A stretch of DNA of 63,963 nucleotides, the filler included, from Trypethelium eluteriae (taxonomy: Eukaryota), in assembly GCA_051942245.1 (NCBI GenBank). It is 3 parts of 3 records of this genome, joined end to end, with 100 filler letters (N's around TTAATTAATTAA, not from the genome) between each part and the next. Parts side by side here need not be neighbours in the genome. Positions count along the whole stretch, not along the records: positions 1 to 21,469 come from JAVECL010000472.1; positions 21,570 to 42,952 come from JAVECL010000473.1; 1 more part is not named here. One strand, written 5' to 3'. Each line of letters opens with the position of its first letter. Position 1 is the stretch's first letter. The notes beneath the pieces were generated by a model, which was not told the DNA's origin, did not search any database, and worked only from the letters and a program-made list of their open reading frames with translations. Positions 10,886-21,591 of the stretch are shown here, piece by piece. The position numbers and the translations under genes are program-made.

Positions 10886-11745
10886 TAGACAAAGAAAGAG
10901 CACCAGGATAAGGGAGATGAGCGCAGTGTCCACATCATCATCTTCGACGAGCTGAACGCCGTCTACAAACAGCGGGGATTAGGGACCTGATGGTGGTATA
11001 GGTGTTGGTGACAGCGTATTTAACCAACTGCTATCTAAATTGGATGGAGTGGACCCGCTCAAAAATATCCTGCTGATTGGCATGACAAACCAGAAGGTAT
11101 GATTGACGATCCGCTCTTTCGACCTGATCGCCTTGAAGTCCATCAGGAGATCTCTCTCCCAGATGAGTCTGGTCGACTCGAACTTCTCAAATTCACACTT
11201 CAAGATGAGGACAATTGGTCTATTGGACCTGACGTCAACCTAGAGGAGTTGGTACGGCTCACAAAGAATCTCTCGGGCGCCAAGCTCAACGGTATTATCA
11301 AGACGGCGACTTTGTTTTCTTTCTCATGGCACACCGAGATCGCGCAGCTGGCTGCCGTCAAGCAGGAAGTGGAAGACATGAAGCTCAACCGTAGTGCCTT
11401 CATGCAGGCTCTGACCGAGGTCCGTCACGCTTACGGCGTATCCGAGGCAGGGCTAGAGGAAGCCGTCAGATTGAGTATCATACACCACACCACAGCCCTC
11501 ATGTCGACGGCGCCATTTGGGAGATGATGCGCGCCGTCGACATGATCAGGGAGAACCCGAATAAATTCAGCACCTCTGTGCTTTTCCATGGACCCGAGGC
11601 TTCGGGTAAGACCACATTGGCAACGCACATTGCAATGCAGTCCGGCTTTCCGTGTATCAAGATGGTCATGCCAGCAAATCTGGTAGGATATCGGGACGAC
11701 CTCGCCAAGAAAGATTACGTTCACAAGGCTTTCACAGAAGTAGTC
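10886..11745 (+). pseudogene. SEC18: Frameshifted internal fragment of vesicle-fusing ATPase Sec18/NSF (D1 Walker B to D2 Walker A region)
   Basis: Across frames: [99 protein letters not shown]. No N-domain or C-terminus; several frameshifts. Confidence 0.85.
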
Positions 11746-11757
11746 CAGAACTATCGT

Positions 11758-12813
11758 TTACTGATTGTCAAAGGACGTAGAGAGGCTCGAGATTTCAGAC
11801 TCTGACTCTGCGTCGGAGTTGTCCGTTATAGTCGCCCCGTCGGCGTCCCAAGGCTTGTGCTCGTAGATGTCTTCAGTCAGCAGCATATGCTTGCCCGTCA
11901 AGACATCCACGGACAGCAGCTCGAACTTTGGGATCGAGTGGGATAAGATGCGGAATATCTTGGGAGATTCCATGTTGGCAGCGAGGATCTTGGCTTGAGT
12001 CTCCAAACCTGTTTTCATTTCAAGGAAATTTAAGTCCAAGGCATTACAACTGAGAGAATGTGGTGGTGCTGTTGCAATTTCCGGTCCCTCCGATAGATCG
12101 AGATTAATGATAACCTCGCTTAGGCGTAGGCTACTTTCATGATCTAGAGGTCTCAAGACGTCCGCGCAGATTCTACGCATGCGTAATCGAAGTCGCCTTA
12201 GCACCGTGAGAAGAGCGCCGATGTCAGGGCAGATGTGGAAGGGGACGTGGCCCCCTGGGTGCGACAGCAATGAGCTTCCACAGAGATCCAGGTCCAGTAC
12301 TGTCAGATTTTTGACTGGCAGGAAAGGCTTTATGCCAGGTATTGTGAGATAATCGTGACGGGGCAGCTGTGCAATGATGGGGTAAACCTCGCTCGAGGCG
12401 TGGATTCGCACTGTGCGTAGCTTGGGACAATCTTGGGCCAGACTAGCGAGTTTCTTAAGATCGATCTCGAAGGTTGCTGTCCAGTCTGTGAGTGTATGGC
12501 GTCCGTCATCGCCACCTCTAAATAGGTTCCACCGCTGATCTGGTATCGCGCTCGAGTCCTCGTACCCCATCAGCCGAAGGGTCAGACTTTCCATAGTGTC
12601 TTTTATCAGCCGTATGTCGACCGCGTCCCATGAACGCATCATACGTTGAAGAGTCCCTTGAGAGAGGTTAAGATCCTTGAAACAAACAAGACGAGCGAAT
12701 TGAAACCATTGCTTGCAGATAGTTAGGCGAGCTATCTTCTCGCAGAAGAAAGACGAGCCTGCGCAGTCAAGAATCTGCAGCAGAGTCTCTGCGGGCAATT
12801 GCAAGAGGGACAT
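11758..12813 (-). CDS. F-box-like protein, 351 aa
   Basis: Intact intronless ORF; N-terminal LLQLPAETLLQIL...LTICKQW F-box-like pattern followed by LRR-like segments (LTVLDLDL, LRRLRLR). Confidence 0.7.
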   Translation of the reverse strand: MSLLQLPAETLLQILDCAGSSFFCEKIARLTICKQWFQFARLVCFKDLNLSQGTLQRMMRSWDAVDIRLIKDTMESLTLRLMGYEDSSAIPDQRWNLFRGGDDGRHTLTDWTATFEIDLKKLASLAQDCPKLRTVRIHASSEVYPIIAQLPRHDYLTIPGIKPFLPVKNLTVLDLDLCGSSLLSHPGGHVPFHICPDIGALLTVLRRLRLRMRRICADVLRPLDHESSLRLSEVIINLDLSEGPEIATAPPHSLSCNALDLNFLEMKTGLETQAKILAANMESPKIFRILSHSIPKFELLSVDVLTGKHMLLTEDIYEHKPWDADGATITDNSDAESESEISSLSTSFDNQ

Positions 12814-13365
12814 ATCGTAGAGGAGCTGCTCCTCGGACGAAGTTCGGAGAGCAAATGCTCTGTTAATGGGAGGCTAGAATGCGCAAAGAGTGATTCAGGG
12901 AAGCGGCTTCTACGAGGTCAACAACGATGCGAAAAATTGCATCTGCTGGCCTGGATGTGCTTGAAAACGCATAAGACGAAGACCGAATCAACCAGCGATG
13001 TTCCACTGGAGTGGAGACATCATTCGCGCGATCACGTGCGGGGTCTTAGCGGAAGTGCGCGGCGTGACTTTCAACTTTACGATTTTGTATCTCTGGTGAT
13101 CAAGCTGATGGCGATGGCGACGTCCGCATTGTTCTCCTTTAACCCGCAGACGCCTCTGCAGCAGACAACACATATGCCAATCCCGCGTCGGCGGAGTTTC
13201 TCCAAGAATGTGGTTGTGCACTCGTCTTTCTAACGAGCTCTATTCCCTGTCCTCGGAGCAGAAGCTGTCGCTATCCCAGGCACCCCCCACCCTCTACCCC
13301 TCTTCCCCAAAGAACCATACTGAAGAACAAATTGGAGTTTACATACTACGACCATTACAATTTTC

Positions 13366-14146
13366 CTAAGTTTCTCGGTGGGTCAAATTGTATATCTCTT
13401 GAATGACCTGCTTGGACACGTGCTGCTTCCTCTGCCAGCGTATGGCCATTGTGTGCGTCACCAGGTTTTTGATTTCTCGCCCGTCGAGTGCAAAGTCTTC
13501 TCCAAGTTCTTCGCAGAATGAGTCGATGTTGCATTCTGCCAAGAGCTGTTCTTTTTTCATCAGCTGTGCTTTCCATAGCTTCGCTCTGTCTTTCGAATTC
13601 AGTGGCCGATAGTGGAGTGTGACGACCCTTGAGTTGACAGCATCGTCGAACTCTGTCGCATGATTCGTCGTTAAAAATAGGACACCTGAAAAGTACTCGA
13701 GATGCCTCAGGAAGATAGACACCATGATGTTATGATACGAGTTTACAGTGACACCGCCGGTGGATCTTTTGCTAAGCATGGCATCTGCTTCATCGATAAG
13801 CACTGTTGCCGAACCCTTCAAGGAAAGCTCGAGGAGAGCTTGAAGATTCCGATCGACTTCATCCGGACGATGACCAAGGTTGCCGAAAGAAATCCGCATC
13901 AGCGGTTTCTTGCATTCTTCCGCCATCAGTTCTGTCACAGTTATTAATGCATACAGAGCAAATATAGAGCGAATCAGGATACTCACCAGCCGTGAGAGTC
14001 TTTCCACATCCTGGCGGTCCACACAGAAGAAATACCAAGCCTTCTCCTTTTCCTCGGATTACTGAGATATAAGCTACGGTAGCCTTCGTAAGGCTAGCCT
14101 CCATCTGGCTGCCCATATATGAGGTAGTGTAGTATACGATATCCAT
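13366..14146 (-). pseudogene. AAA+ ATPase core lacking the usual long N-terminal region (fragment or minimal gene)
   Basis: VIRGKGEGLVFLLCGPPGCGKTLTA|ELMAE joined by intron 13932-13986. Walker B VLIDEAD; LRHLEYFSGVLFLTTN; DDAVNSRV. Family similarity starts at about 14062. Confidence 0.7.
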
Positions 14147-14619
14147 ACTCCGTACATGTTGAACCACAATATTCGACAGTACCTCAGTCCTGGATTAAAA
14201 CCTAACACCACTATTGTATGAGCCTCCGGTCCAATTTATCTGCACCCCGACTTTTGACGACGTCAATACTGACAACAAATCTTCGCAGTGATCAAAGTAG
14301 AAGTATCGCATGGTGGACAGAATCCTAGAGTGGCCTTTCGTGCAAACTCAAAGCATACGCCGGAGCGACTATCCTTAATCTGTGCTGCTCTTGCTCTCTC
14401 TGAAGTAGATACAGTTACCGCTGATGTGCGCGGCGTATCATTCGATCTTTGCGCTACTCTAATGTGGGAGCTTTCTCGAACGCGCCGAAGAAGGAGAGCC
14501 GAACGTAGAAATGCTCTTGGCTATGCGGTAGATTTAAGCATCAGAAAGATATCGTATCTTCTGACTCACTTTTATCCATTGCTCTAAACTTCTTCCACAA
14601 TGCATTTCAGCATCTTAGC

Positions 14620-15368
14620 CCGCATTGTTCTCATACTGTGTGTGCTATTCCATTTCATCGCAGCATTACACCCAATAGCCTGAGAGTTTCGTATTCCAAT
14701 GTAATCTTACCGTTTGCTACTATTAGAAATTCTAGAGGATAACCATTATTTGTTCTCCCAGCGGAGAAGAGATTATCGTCAACTCAAGTAAAACGCTTAG
14801 CTTTGACAAGACCAACAGTGTGGGTACGCTGGATGCCACTCTCACTCTCAACGACGGTTCTCTTGTTTCGATAGTCAATACAAGAAGCTCGTTAATGCTT
14901 GTTGAAGGCCAGCACGACTCTACAGCCTCTATTCCGAAAAAGTCCACTTCATCGACAGGGACAAACTCCACTGTCAATAGTATCTCTGCTAACTCCACTC
15001 GACCGTCAAACTCGTCCAGCTCGACGTCGAACACAGCAACCACCAGTCAGATTAGGCTAACGCAGAAAAAAGGCACTACATCGTCTTCCGCCTCTACAAC
15101 CTCGTCTCTCAATCAAAAAAATGACTCTACCTCTACCTCTACCTCTACCGACCCCGATTCTACGCATAGTAATCTTGCTGCTGTTGTAACAGGTTATGCT
15201 GTTAATGTCCTTTTCTTTTCATCAGAACAGAGGAAGCGAGACATCGGAAAGTCTGACGAGTATGATACACTGGTCGTTGCAAGGAAACTAGTGCGCGCGC
15301 TCGTCGCCTGTGACTCTGCCTGTTGCCTAGGAGTTTATCCTCGATTGTCGCCCAGCGAGGCGTCATGA
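14620..15368 (+). pseudogene. Possible degenerate secreted Ser/Thr-rich protein
   Basis: Signal-peptide-like MHFSILARIVLILCVLFHFIAA at 14620 ends in a stop; a downstream Ser/Thr-rich ORF (14820-15368) has a hydrophobic stretch. Gene model unresolved. Confidence 0.3.
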
Positions 15369-16886
15369 ACTGATTTGAGGGGAGCTAAATATGGATGGGT
15401 CCAAAAGTACGGTTTGCTCTTCTTCAGGATTAGGCTTGATTCCCACATCAGACTGCGCCCTGTGCCCTCGGCGCTTGTCTTATGCTTCCTTACTTATTTT
15501 CTTTCCATCACCGTTCTCATAGTATAAGTCCTGGCACAAAAAATTTCTGATGACCTGTCACAGCCCAAAAACAGCGCCTCCTTCCACTGCATATCGCGAT
15601 TATACATAAGCGCTCTTCGAAAATTCCATAATTCCATCATGGCTGCCTCGGAAGCAGACCATAACGACAGTAAAAATTCAACCACGGACGTGGCCCCGGA
15701 ATCCGACCAAGCGATAATGAAGGGCGAGGATCATGACGTTAAAATGCAGCAGCCAGTGCAGATGCTGAGGGCCAAGAAACTGCGGAAAGCGACCCGAAAA
15801 TCATTGCTTGGGACCCGGATGACCCAGATCCTCCCCGTCGTACATTCCTATCGTCCTGGCAAGGACAAGCGAAGGCAGAAAACTCTTGCATACAATTCAC
15901 TTGAACTTCACCCTCCTGATCTAATAAGCAATTTGTGTTCTTGCGATTACACTAAGTCAACTGTTTACGGCGCCGGATATAGTATCGCGGTCTTGCCAGT
16001 CGAAGAAGCTATATCGAGATGGTAAGATCCAAATACCAAACGTTTGAAGGCTATGGTCTACTGGATAGTCTTCTTTATTGGCTGTAAAACCTTCTTCTTC
16101 GTATACCGTCTACTTCTTATCCAGTAACGTTTGCGTAGGTTTGCTACCTTTCCTTTGTTGCTTTGTCGCCTTGATATGGACCGTGAGTTCTATCAACGTT
16201 CGTAGGAGACTGCTCACGCACTTATTCTTTGTCGTGGAAAATATCTTCCGCAAACACTCGCACCAAACAGTAATCACCCTCACCTGTAGATGCTAATGTT
16301 TCTTGTTGATTATTTGCCATGCACTGTGATGTGCTGTTTGCTATGAGCAAAGGTAGATGGATTGATATGATAGCATGTAATACTTCTCAGTTACATATAG
16401 TACCTTTGGTTCTCTTTAGTAAACAAGAAGCAGTCATTTCCTAATATCCGTCACTTTCTGCGCAGTCATCGTTGCCAGATTGCTTTCCCGCAATATGAAT
16501 TCCAAGCTGTCAACCGGTAGTGCCATGGTTTTCAAGCTACGCTCTTCCACCGAGTTCTCTCTGAATACAAAGGATGAAAAAGTGCACAATGTATTTTCGA
16601 CTTCTTATCGGCATGCTTTGCCGTTACACTTTCTGTTTTCGTCTCGATTCCTGTTTTCGTCACAACTTACATTCCCAATACTTCCGTTTCCATGCCAACT
16701 CATAACTCGGAATCTTTCAAAGATTTTCAGCTGCGAACGTCATTTCAAGTGTTTGAATTCGGATATTTATTTCCAGATACCTTTACCAGGTACTTTACTA
16801 TTCTCTGAATTCAACCCACTGCTTGTTGAGCTCAACTCATTACTATTACAGCCAAGCTTCCACTTCCACAGAGAGAAGACGAGGAA

Positions 16887-18594
16887 ATGGACAGAAGACT
16901 TCCTTATCGTCGTGGCTTGCCTTTGCTAAAACCTCTACCCTTGAGAGCTGCAATGGTGACAGATGATCTCGCACTCATGGGAAGAGATACGCAAAACGAG
17001 CTGACCACGAAAATTGCCGGAATTCTCAGAGAACGTCATGTTTACTTCCACTCTGCCTGTTTCGCACGTCGATATCATGCCGATGATACCGACCGGGAGT
17101 CTGAGGACGTGACCTTTTTCATCGAAAGCGACTTGGAGAAGAGTTCGATTGAAAGTTGGGAACTGGCAGTCAGGTCAATTCGGGAGCTGCTTGATACAAC
17201 CCATTTGCAACAGATCTGGGTCGAGATTATCGATTTTCGGAGCCAGGCTAGATCGTCTTTCGCCATCACTAAAGAGCTCTTCCCAAGTGATCAAGTAGAG
17301 TCACTTTACACTTCAGCGCGGCTTTATCTTAAGGCTTTGGGGATGAGATGGACAACAATAACGCTCCTGAATCGGGGTAGCAACTCCTCAGACCTTCATC
17401 CGAAGTTTCTTGTCACAGCCTTGGACGCACAAAATCAAAAATGGTGGGATGAGGCTTTACCCAGGCTACAACAGATGTGTCTTGATGTTTCGCCAAAGTT
17501 GGAGGTGGAACTACTACAAGGAGCTGTCTCCTATGCCCATGGGCAAGATGATATGTCTCTGCACAGCCTAGACTTTGGAAAGACTCTCCAGTTGGGTGGC
17601 AGTATCAGCGCCAAAGGGTCTACTGGTAGCGGTTCCATCGGCGCAGCTATAAAGCTTCGTATTGGTCAGGACCCACCAGCAACGTTTGTACTCACCAATC
17701 ACCATGTCACCACACAAGCCAAAGACAGCAAGAGTGAGTACATAACTTTCTGCCCTGACCCACACTTTTAAAGATTAACGATACATAGGTTCCCAAGACC
17801 ATTATTCGATTCGCAGCCCAAGCGATCGCGACGTTCTTCTCTACCGAGATGCCTTGATGGATGATATCGCGACCTATAAGAAAGAAAGAGATTATAGGGC
17901 AGCATTGCATAACGCAAAGGCAGAAATGGTACAGCGCATGAGGAGCTATATCGCCGTTTATGAGGACAAGTTGAGCAAGATTCCTGCTGACGATAACGCA
18001 AGACATATTGGGAACCTATTTGCATCTAGGCAGGATCTTTCTGGTGGCTGGATTGTTGATTGGTCGCTTACCAGATTGGACGATGACCGCTCAATGATCA
18101 ATGAGGTGCCTCAAGTGATTGAGAGGGCTACAACAAGCAAAACCCTCCAAAACGCAAATTCATCCCCAACAGAGAGCATTACTACCTGGTCCGACAAGAT
18201 GGATTTCCGAGGATGCAGAGTTGTTAAGAGAGGCAGAACGACAGGATGGACTGTCGGGATTGTTAACATGTACAAGACTTTTGTTATGGATGATGCGGGA
18301 CAATTTGCTGCACATGAGACTAACCAAAACGGTAAAGTATTGGAGGGGAACGCATGGCCAATCTGTTCCACTGCACTACTACATGATGTGAGGCCATTTA
18401 TGGCTGAAGGTGATTCAGGATCCATCATCATTCAGACAGAGAATAACGCTTCCACTGAAGGGGAAGTAGGGACGATGATTGGATTAGGATTTGGAGTCAA
18501 TCACGACTTCGGACTCATGTCGCCGCTGAGTGCTGTCTTCGCAGATATCGAGGAGAAAGTGGATGGAGTGATCATTGAGCCACGCAAGCTTTAA
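16887..18594 (+). CDS. Trypsin-fold (PA clan) serine protease-like protein of the fungal GRTTG type, about 550 aa, no signal peptide
   Basis: Two exons; intron 17734-17788 (gtgagt..catag) keeps the frame. Triad motifs FVLTNHHV (His), IVDWSL (Asp), AEGDSGSII (Ser), plus KRGRTTGWTVG. Confidence 0.85.
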
Positions 18595-18658
18595 AGTGTC
18601 CGGGCAACCCCCAGCAATTTTTCCGCGCTAGCGAGTGGACACTTTTCTCGCATGACTG
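18593..18658 (-). repeat. Right terminal inverted repeat (66 bp)
   Basis: aaagtgtccgggcaacccccagcaatttttccgcgctagcgagtggacacttttctcgcatgactg; reverse complement of 7654-7719 with 4 transitions. Confidence 0.9.
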
Positions 18659-18937
18659 TCAGAATATGACATGGCCTGTGAGGTAGCGCCTGCCGCTGAG
18701 GGGTACCCAGAACGCTATGCTCGACACAGATCTTCCTGTTGACTGTCGATGATCTTTGTACTTCTCTGCAATGTGTGGCTACACTAGCATCATCATAGTC
18801 TACTATATGGAGACTGAGACTTCACTGAATTATTGAAATTTCACAGATTCTCCTATATGAAATCAACCTACAATCCGGCCAGATATGACAAAAGCGATAG
18901 TCTATCTTTTGTGCTAGTACTGCATTACACATGCAGT

Positions 18938-19770
18938 CTAAAACCTCCGTGACGTCCATGGGTGTAACGAACCTCCATACAAAGGTCCGCGGAAGAATTG
19001 AGTGCCCATAGCTAAATATACGACGGCGACGTGGTTTGCAGAGCTTGTTCCGGTACAGGACTTGGGGTTCGATGAGCTTGAGCTGCTTGACGAGTTCGAA
19101 GACGACTCAGTTATAGAACCCGAATGACTAAACGTATCTAACTTTGTGTTATCTTTCGTCATATCCTGTGTCTCAGACTTAGGATCCTCCATCAAGTTAT
19201 CCACGCAGTCAGTTGGATTATTGTTGATGTCATTTTTCAATGTCATCGAGATCTTTTGCTACACGGATGAGGCTCTTCACAATGTCTGTTATAGAACTCA
19301 AGAGGCCTCTCTTTCCCGTTCACTTTGACCCGCACTCTGGATCCGAACTCTTTCCCCTAGCTCCGATGTAAGATTCTCAAGGCTTTGATGGTTGGTTTTG
19401 ATCTTACTGAGCGTATCATCCTGAAGTGGTGTTGGCTTGCTCTTCTAAGAACTGAAAACAGGAAGAAGTCCAAGGACCTCGGATGAGACAGTGGAAATAA
19501 TGCTTGAAGAATCGAAAGTGTCCAGCGTCGTCGTAGCAGGTAGAAGTGGTGTAGACGTTAATTTTTGCCCACCGGTGATGATCGGGACCAGTTCTGTAGA
19601 GTCTGACGTAACACCAGTGGTTATGGATATTCCTAGGGACCCCAGGAGTACAGAGGAGCTTGAGGAGAAAGGGTTGCTTACAATGGACGTGAAAAATGTG
19701 TTTTAATTTTTAGAGCTGGTGCTTCTTGTGGTTGAGACGCCTGACGATGAGGCAGTAGTGTCATTCGATA
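18938..19770 (-). pseudogene. Possible degenerate Ser/Thr-rich protein remnant
   Basis: Minus-strand Ser/Thr-rich reading (TFFTSIVSNPFSSSSSVLLGSLGISITTGVTSDST...) broken by multiple stops; no family recognised. Confidence 0.25.
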
Positions 19771-19870
19771 AATGAGTGATTGTCGAGAATGCCCCGTTTC
19801 CAGTCAGACTACAGCAGCAAGATTACGATCGACTATGACTTGGCGGCCACTGATGATCTAGCTTTCTGTC

Positions 19871-20338
19871 TCAATGTCTGTCAGGACTTCCACTTGAAGC
19901 TTTATCCGACTGTTCCGGCTTATCTCTTTTCTCATCTGACCTCTCATCTTCCTCGCCTTCTCTAATTGCCCCGGGGGCACGAGAGCCAGCCAACGAGCCT
20001 TGCCACAGAAATATTCCCGAACCTGCAAGAACCAAGCCCAGCAAGCCTCGCAAGAACCATTTCCCCGTTTCTCCGAATTCGTAAATCCAGCCAGCCAACC
20101 ATCGCATTACAGGTGTAACCAGCTGCTTCCTTTCTGTCTCTAGATCGGGATTTAGTGTGTACAGCAAACCCAGCAAAGACACGAGGATAAGTGTCAGGAG
20201 GACAACGGTGAGGATTTGAATGGCGGCTAGGAGAATCGCAATGTTCTTGATCGTCGAGAGAACTTCGTACGCCGCGGCAACGAGCGGAGTTACCTGCTCA
20301 AAGGCCGCATTGATCTCGCGCGAATAAGGTATTCCCAT
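19871..20338 (-). CDS. Small membrane protein, 155 aa (fungal hypothetical)
   Basis: Intact ATG-started ORF with two hydrophobic segments; MGIPYSREINAAFEQVTPLV start. Confidence 0.75.
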   Translation of the reverse strand: MGIPYSREINAAFEQVTPLVAAAYEVLSTIKNIAILLAAIQILTVVLLTLILVSLLGLLYTLNPDLETERKQLVTPVMRWLAGWIYEFGETGKWFLRGLLGLVLAGSGIFLWQGSLAGSRAPGAIREGEEDERSDEKRDKPEQSDKASSGSPDRH

Positions 20339-20482
20339 TGCAATTGTGAAGATAGTAGTGTCAAGGCAGACTCAGCCCTTTGTCATGTGCATTGGACGTT
20401 GATTCCATGCTTGACATAGCATCAATCACTATCTTAAGAGACTCGGACGGCGATGGTTAGGTACGATGTCGTAAGTGGCGTA

Positions 20483-21469
20483 CAGACTGGGCAACGATAG
20501 GCGCGATACGTATCGTACGATAAGCCCTATCGTACGATAAATTACCGCGATATCGCCGATATCGTCAGCGCCGACACACTTATTGTAATAAAATAAAATT
20601 CCTCCCCTTAATAAGCTATTGTATGAGATAATTTACTCTAAATTATATAATTAATTTTTTAAAATATTTAATTTTTTTTAATCCTTTAAAAGTTTTTAAA
20701 GTTTAATAGTATCTGGATTAAGCTGTGCTTTATCTTAAGAAATTGTATAATGCGCACCAAAAAATACCTATTTTAGTTTATTACTTATTATAAGAATTAA
20801 AAAAATATTAAGAGCAAATAAAAAGAGGTGTGGTTATTATTTTTATTAAATATCTTTAGCCTATTACTTAATTAGTAATAAAGGAATCTTATATAAAGCT
20901 GTTTTTGCATAATATTAATTAAATTAATCTTAACTCTGCAGTTACTGATTATTATAATACTCTTAAAGGATTTATTTAAAGGGAGTAAGGTTTTGCTTTT
21001 ATATAAAAGTTAATAGCTTTCCTTAAGTATTATATAAATAATTAAGATTAATAAAAGGTTTCTAAGAGAATTAAAGCTAAAGTTGCTTAATTTTCTAAAA
21101 TTATACAGCTCCCTTTTAAGTTAAATTACCCTTTTTATTTTTTAAAAATATTATATAAACTGTAAGAGATAAAAGGCGGGCTGCTTAATAATAAAAAGAA
21201 ATATTAAGTTTTTTTTAATATTATTCCAATTTTAAAAGCGCGTATTATACTTAAGTATAAATTTACTTTAGAAGCTTTAATTTTTAAAATAATTAATTAG
21301 TATATTTTGTACAAAGTTAAATATAATTATATAATATATATTAATTCCTTTAAGCCACTTATAAAGCGCTTTAATATTTTTATAGACTTTTTAAAGTATT
21401 ATATAATCTCCTTAAAGATATAATATAGCTTATTTAAATATTCTAAAATATTAATAGACTGTATAAAGA
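20483..21469 (-). mobile_element. RIP-degraded hAT transposon, 3' end, truncated by gap
   Basis: Abrupt AT/TpA-rich block from about 20580. Minus strand near 20700-20830 reads FALNIFLILIISNKLK*VFFGAHYTIS*DKAQLNPDTIK, which reverses by transitions to the hAT dimerisation motif SIPAMSDEPERVFSGARRTISW. Terminus cagactgggcaacg at 20483 with clustered tatcg/cgata subterminal repeats. Confidence 0.85.
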
Positions 21470-21569
21470 NNNNNNNNNNNNNNNNNNNNNNNNNNNNNNN
21501 NNNNNNNNNNNNNTTAATTAATTAANNNNNNNNNNNNNNNNNNNNNNNNNNNNNNNNNNNNNNNNNNNN
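21470..21569. other. Artificial contig linker (Ns + TTAATTAATTAA six-frame stop)
   Basis: Exactly 100 bp, same structure as 42953-43052. Confidence 0.97.
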
Positions 21570-21591
21570 CCTCAGCCCTCCCATCCGCCTC

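Larger units (their letters stand above)
7654..18658. mobile_element. Putative non-autonomous, cargo-carrying DNA transposon (about 11 kb) bounded by 66-bp TIRs
   Basis: Matching inverted repeats at both ends, each starting CAGT. Interior is a mosaic of intact genes and gene fragments with no recognisable transposase. Flanks are TA (left) and TC (right), so the TSD is imperfect. Confidence 0.6.

Noticed and set aside
1..21469. Starship giant transposon
   Set aside because: Cargo-like content, but no DUF3435 tyrosine recombinase captain or boundary repeats in the window; cannot be excluded beyond it.
21514..21525. TTAATTAATTAA as a piggyBac target or biological repeat
   Set aside because: Centred in identical 100-bp N spacers twice; assembly linker.
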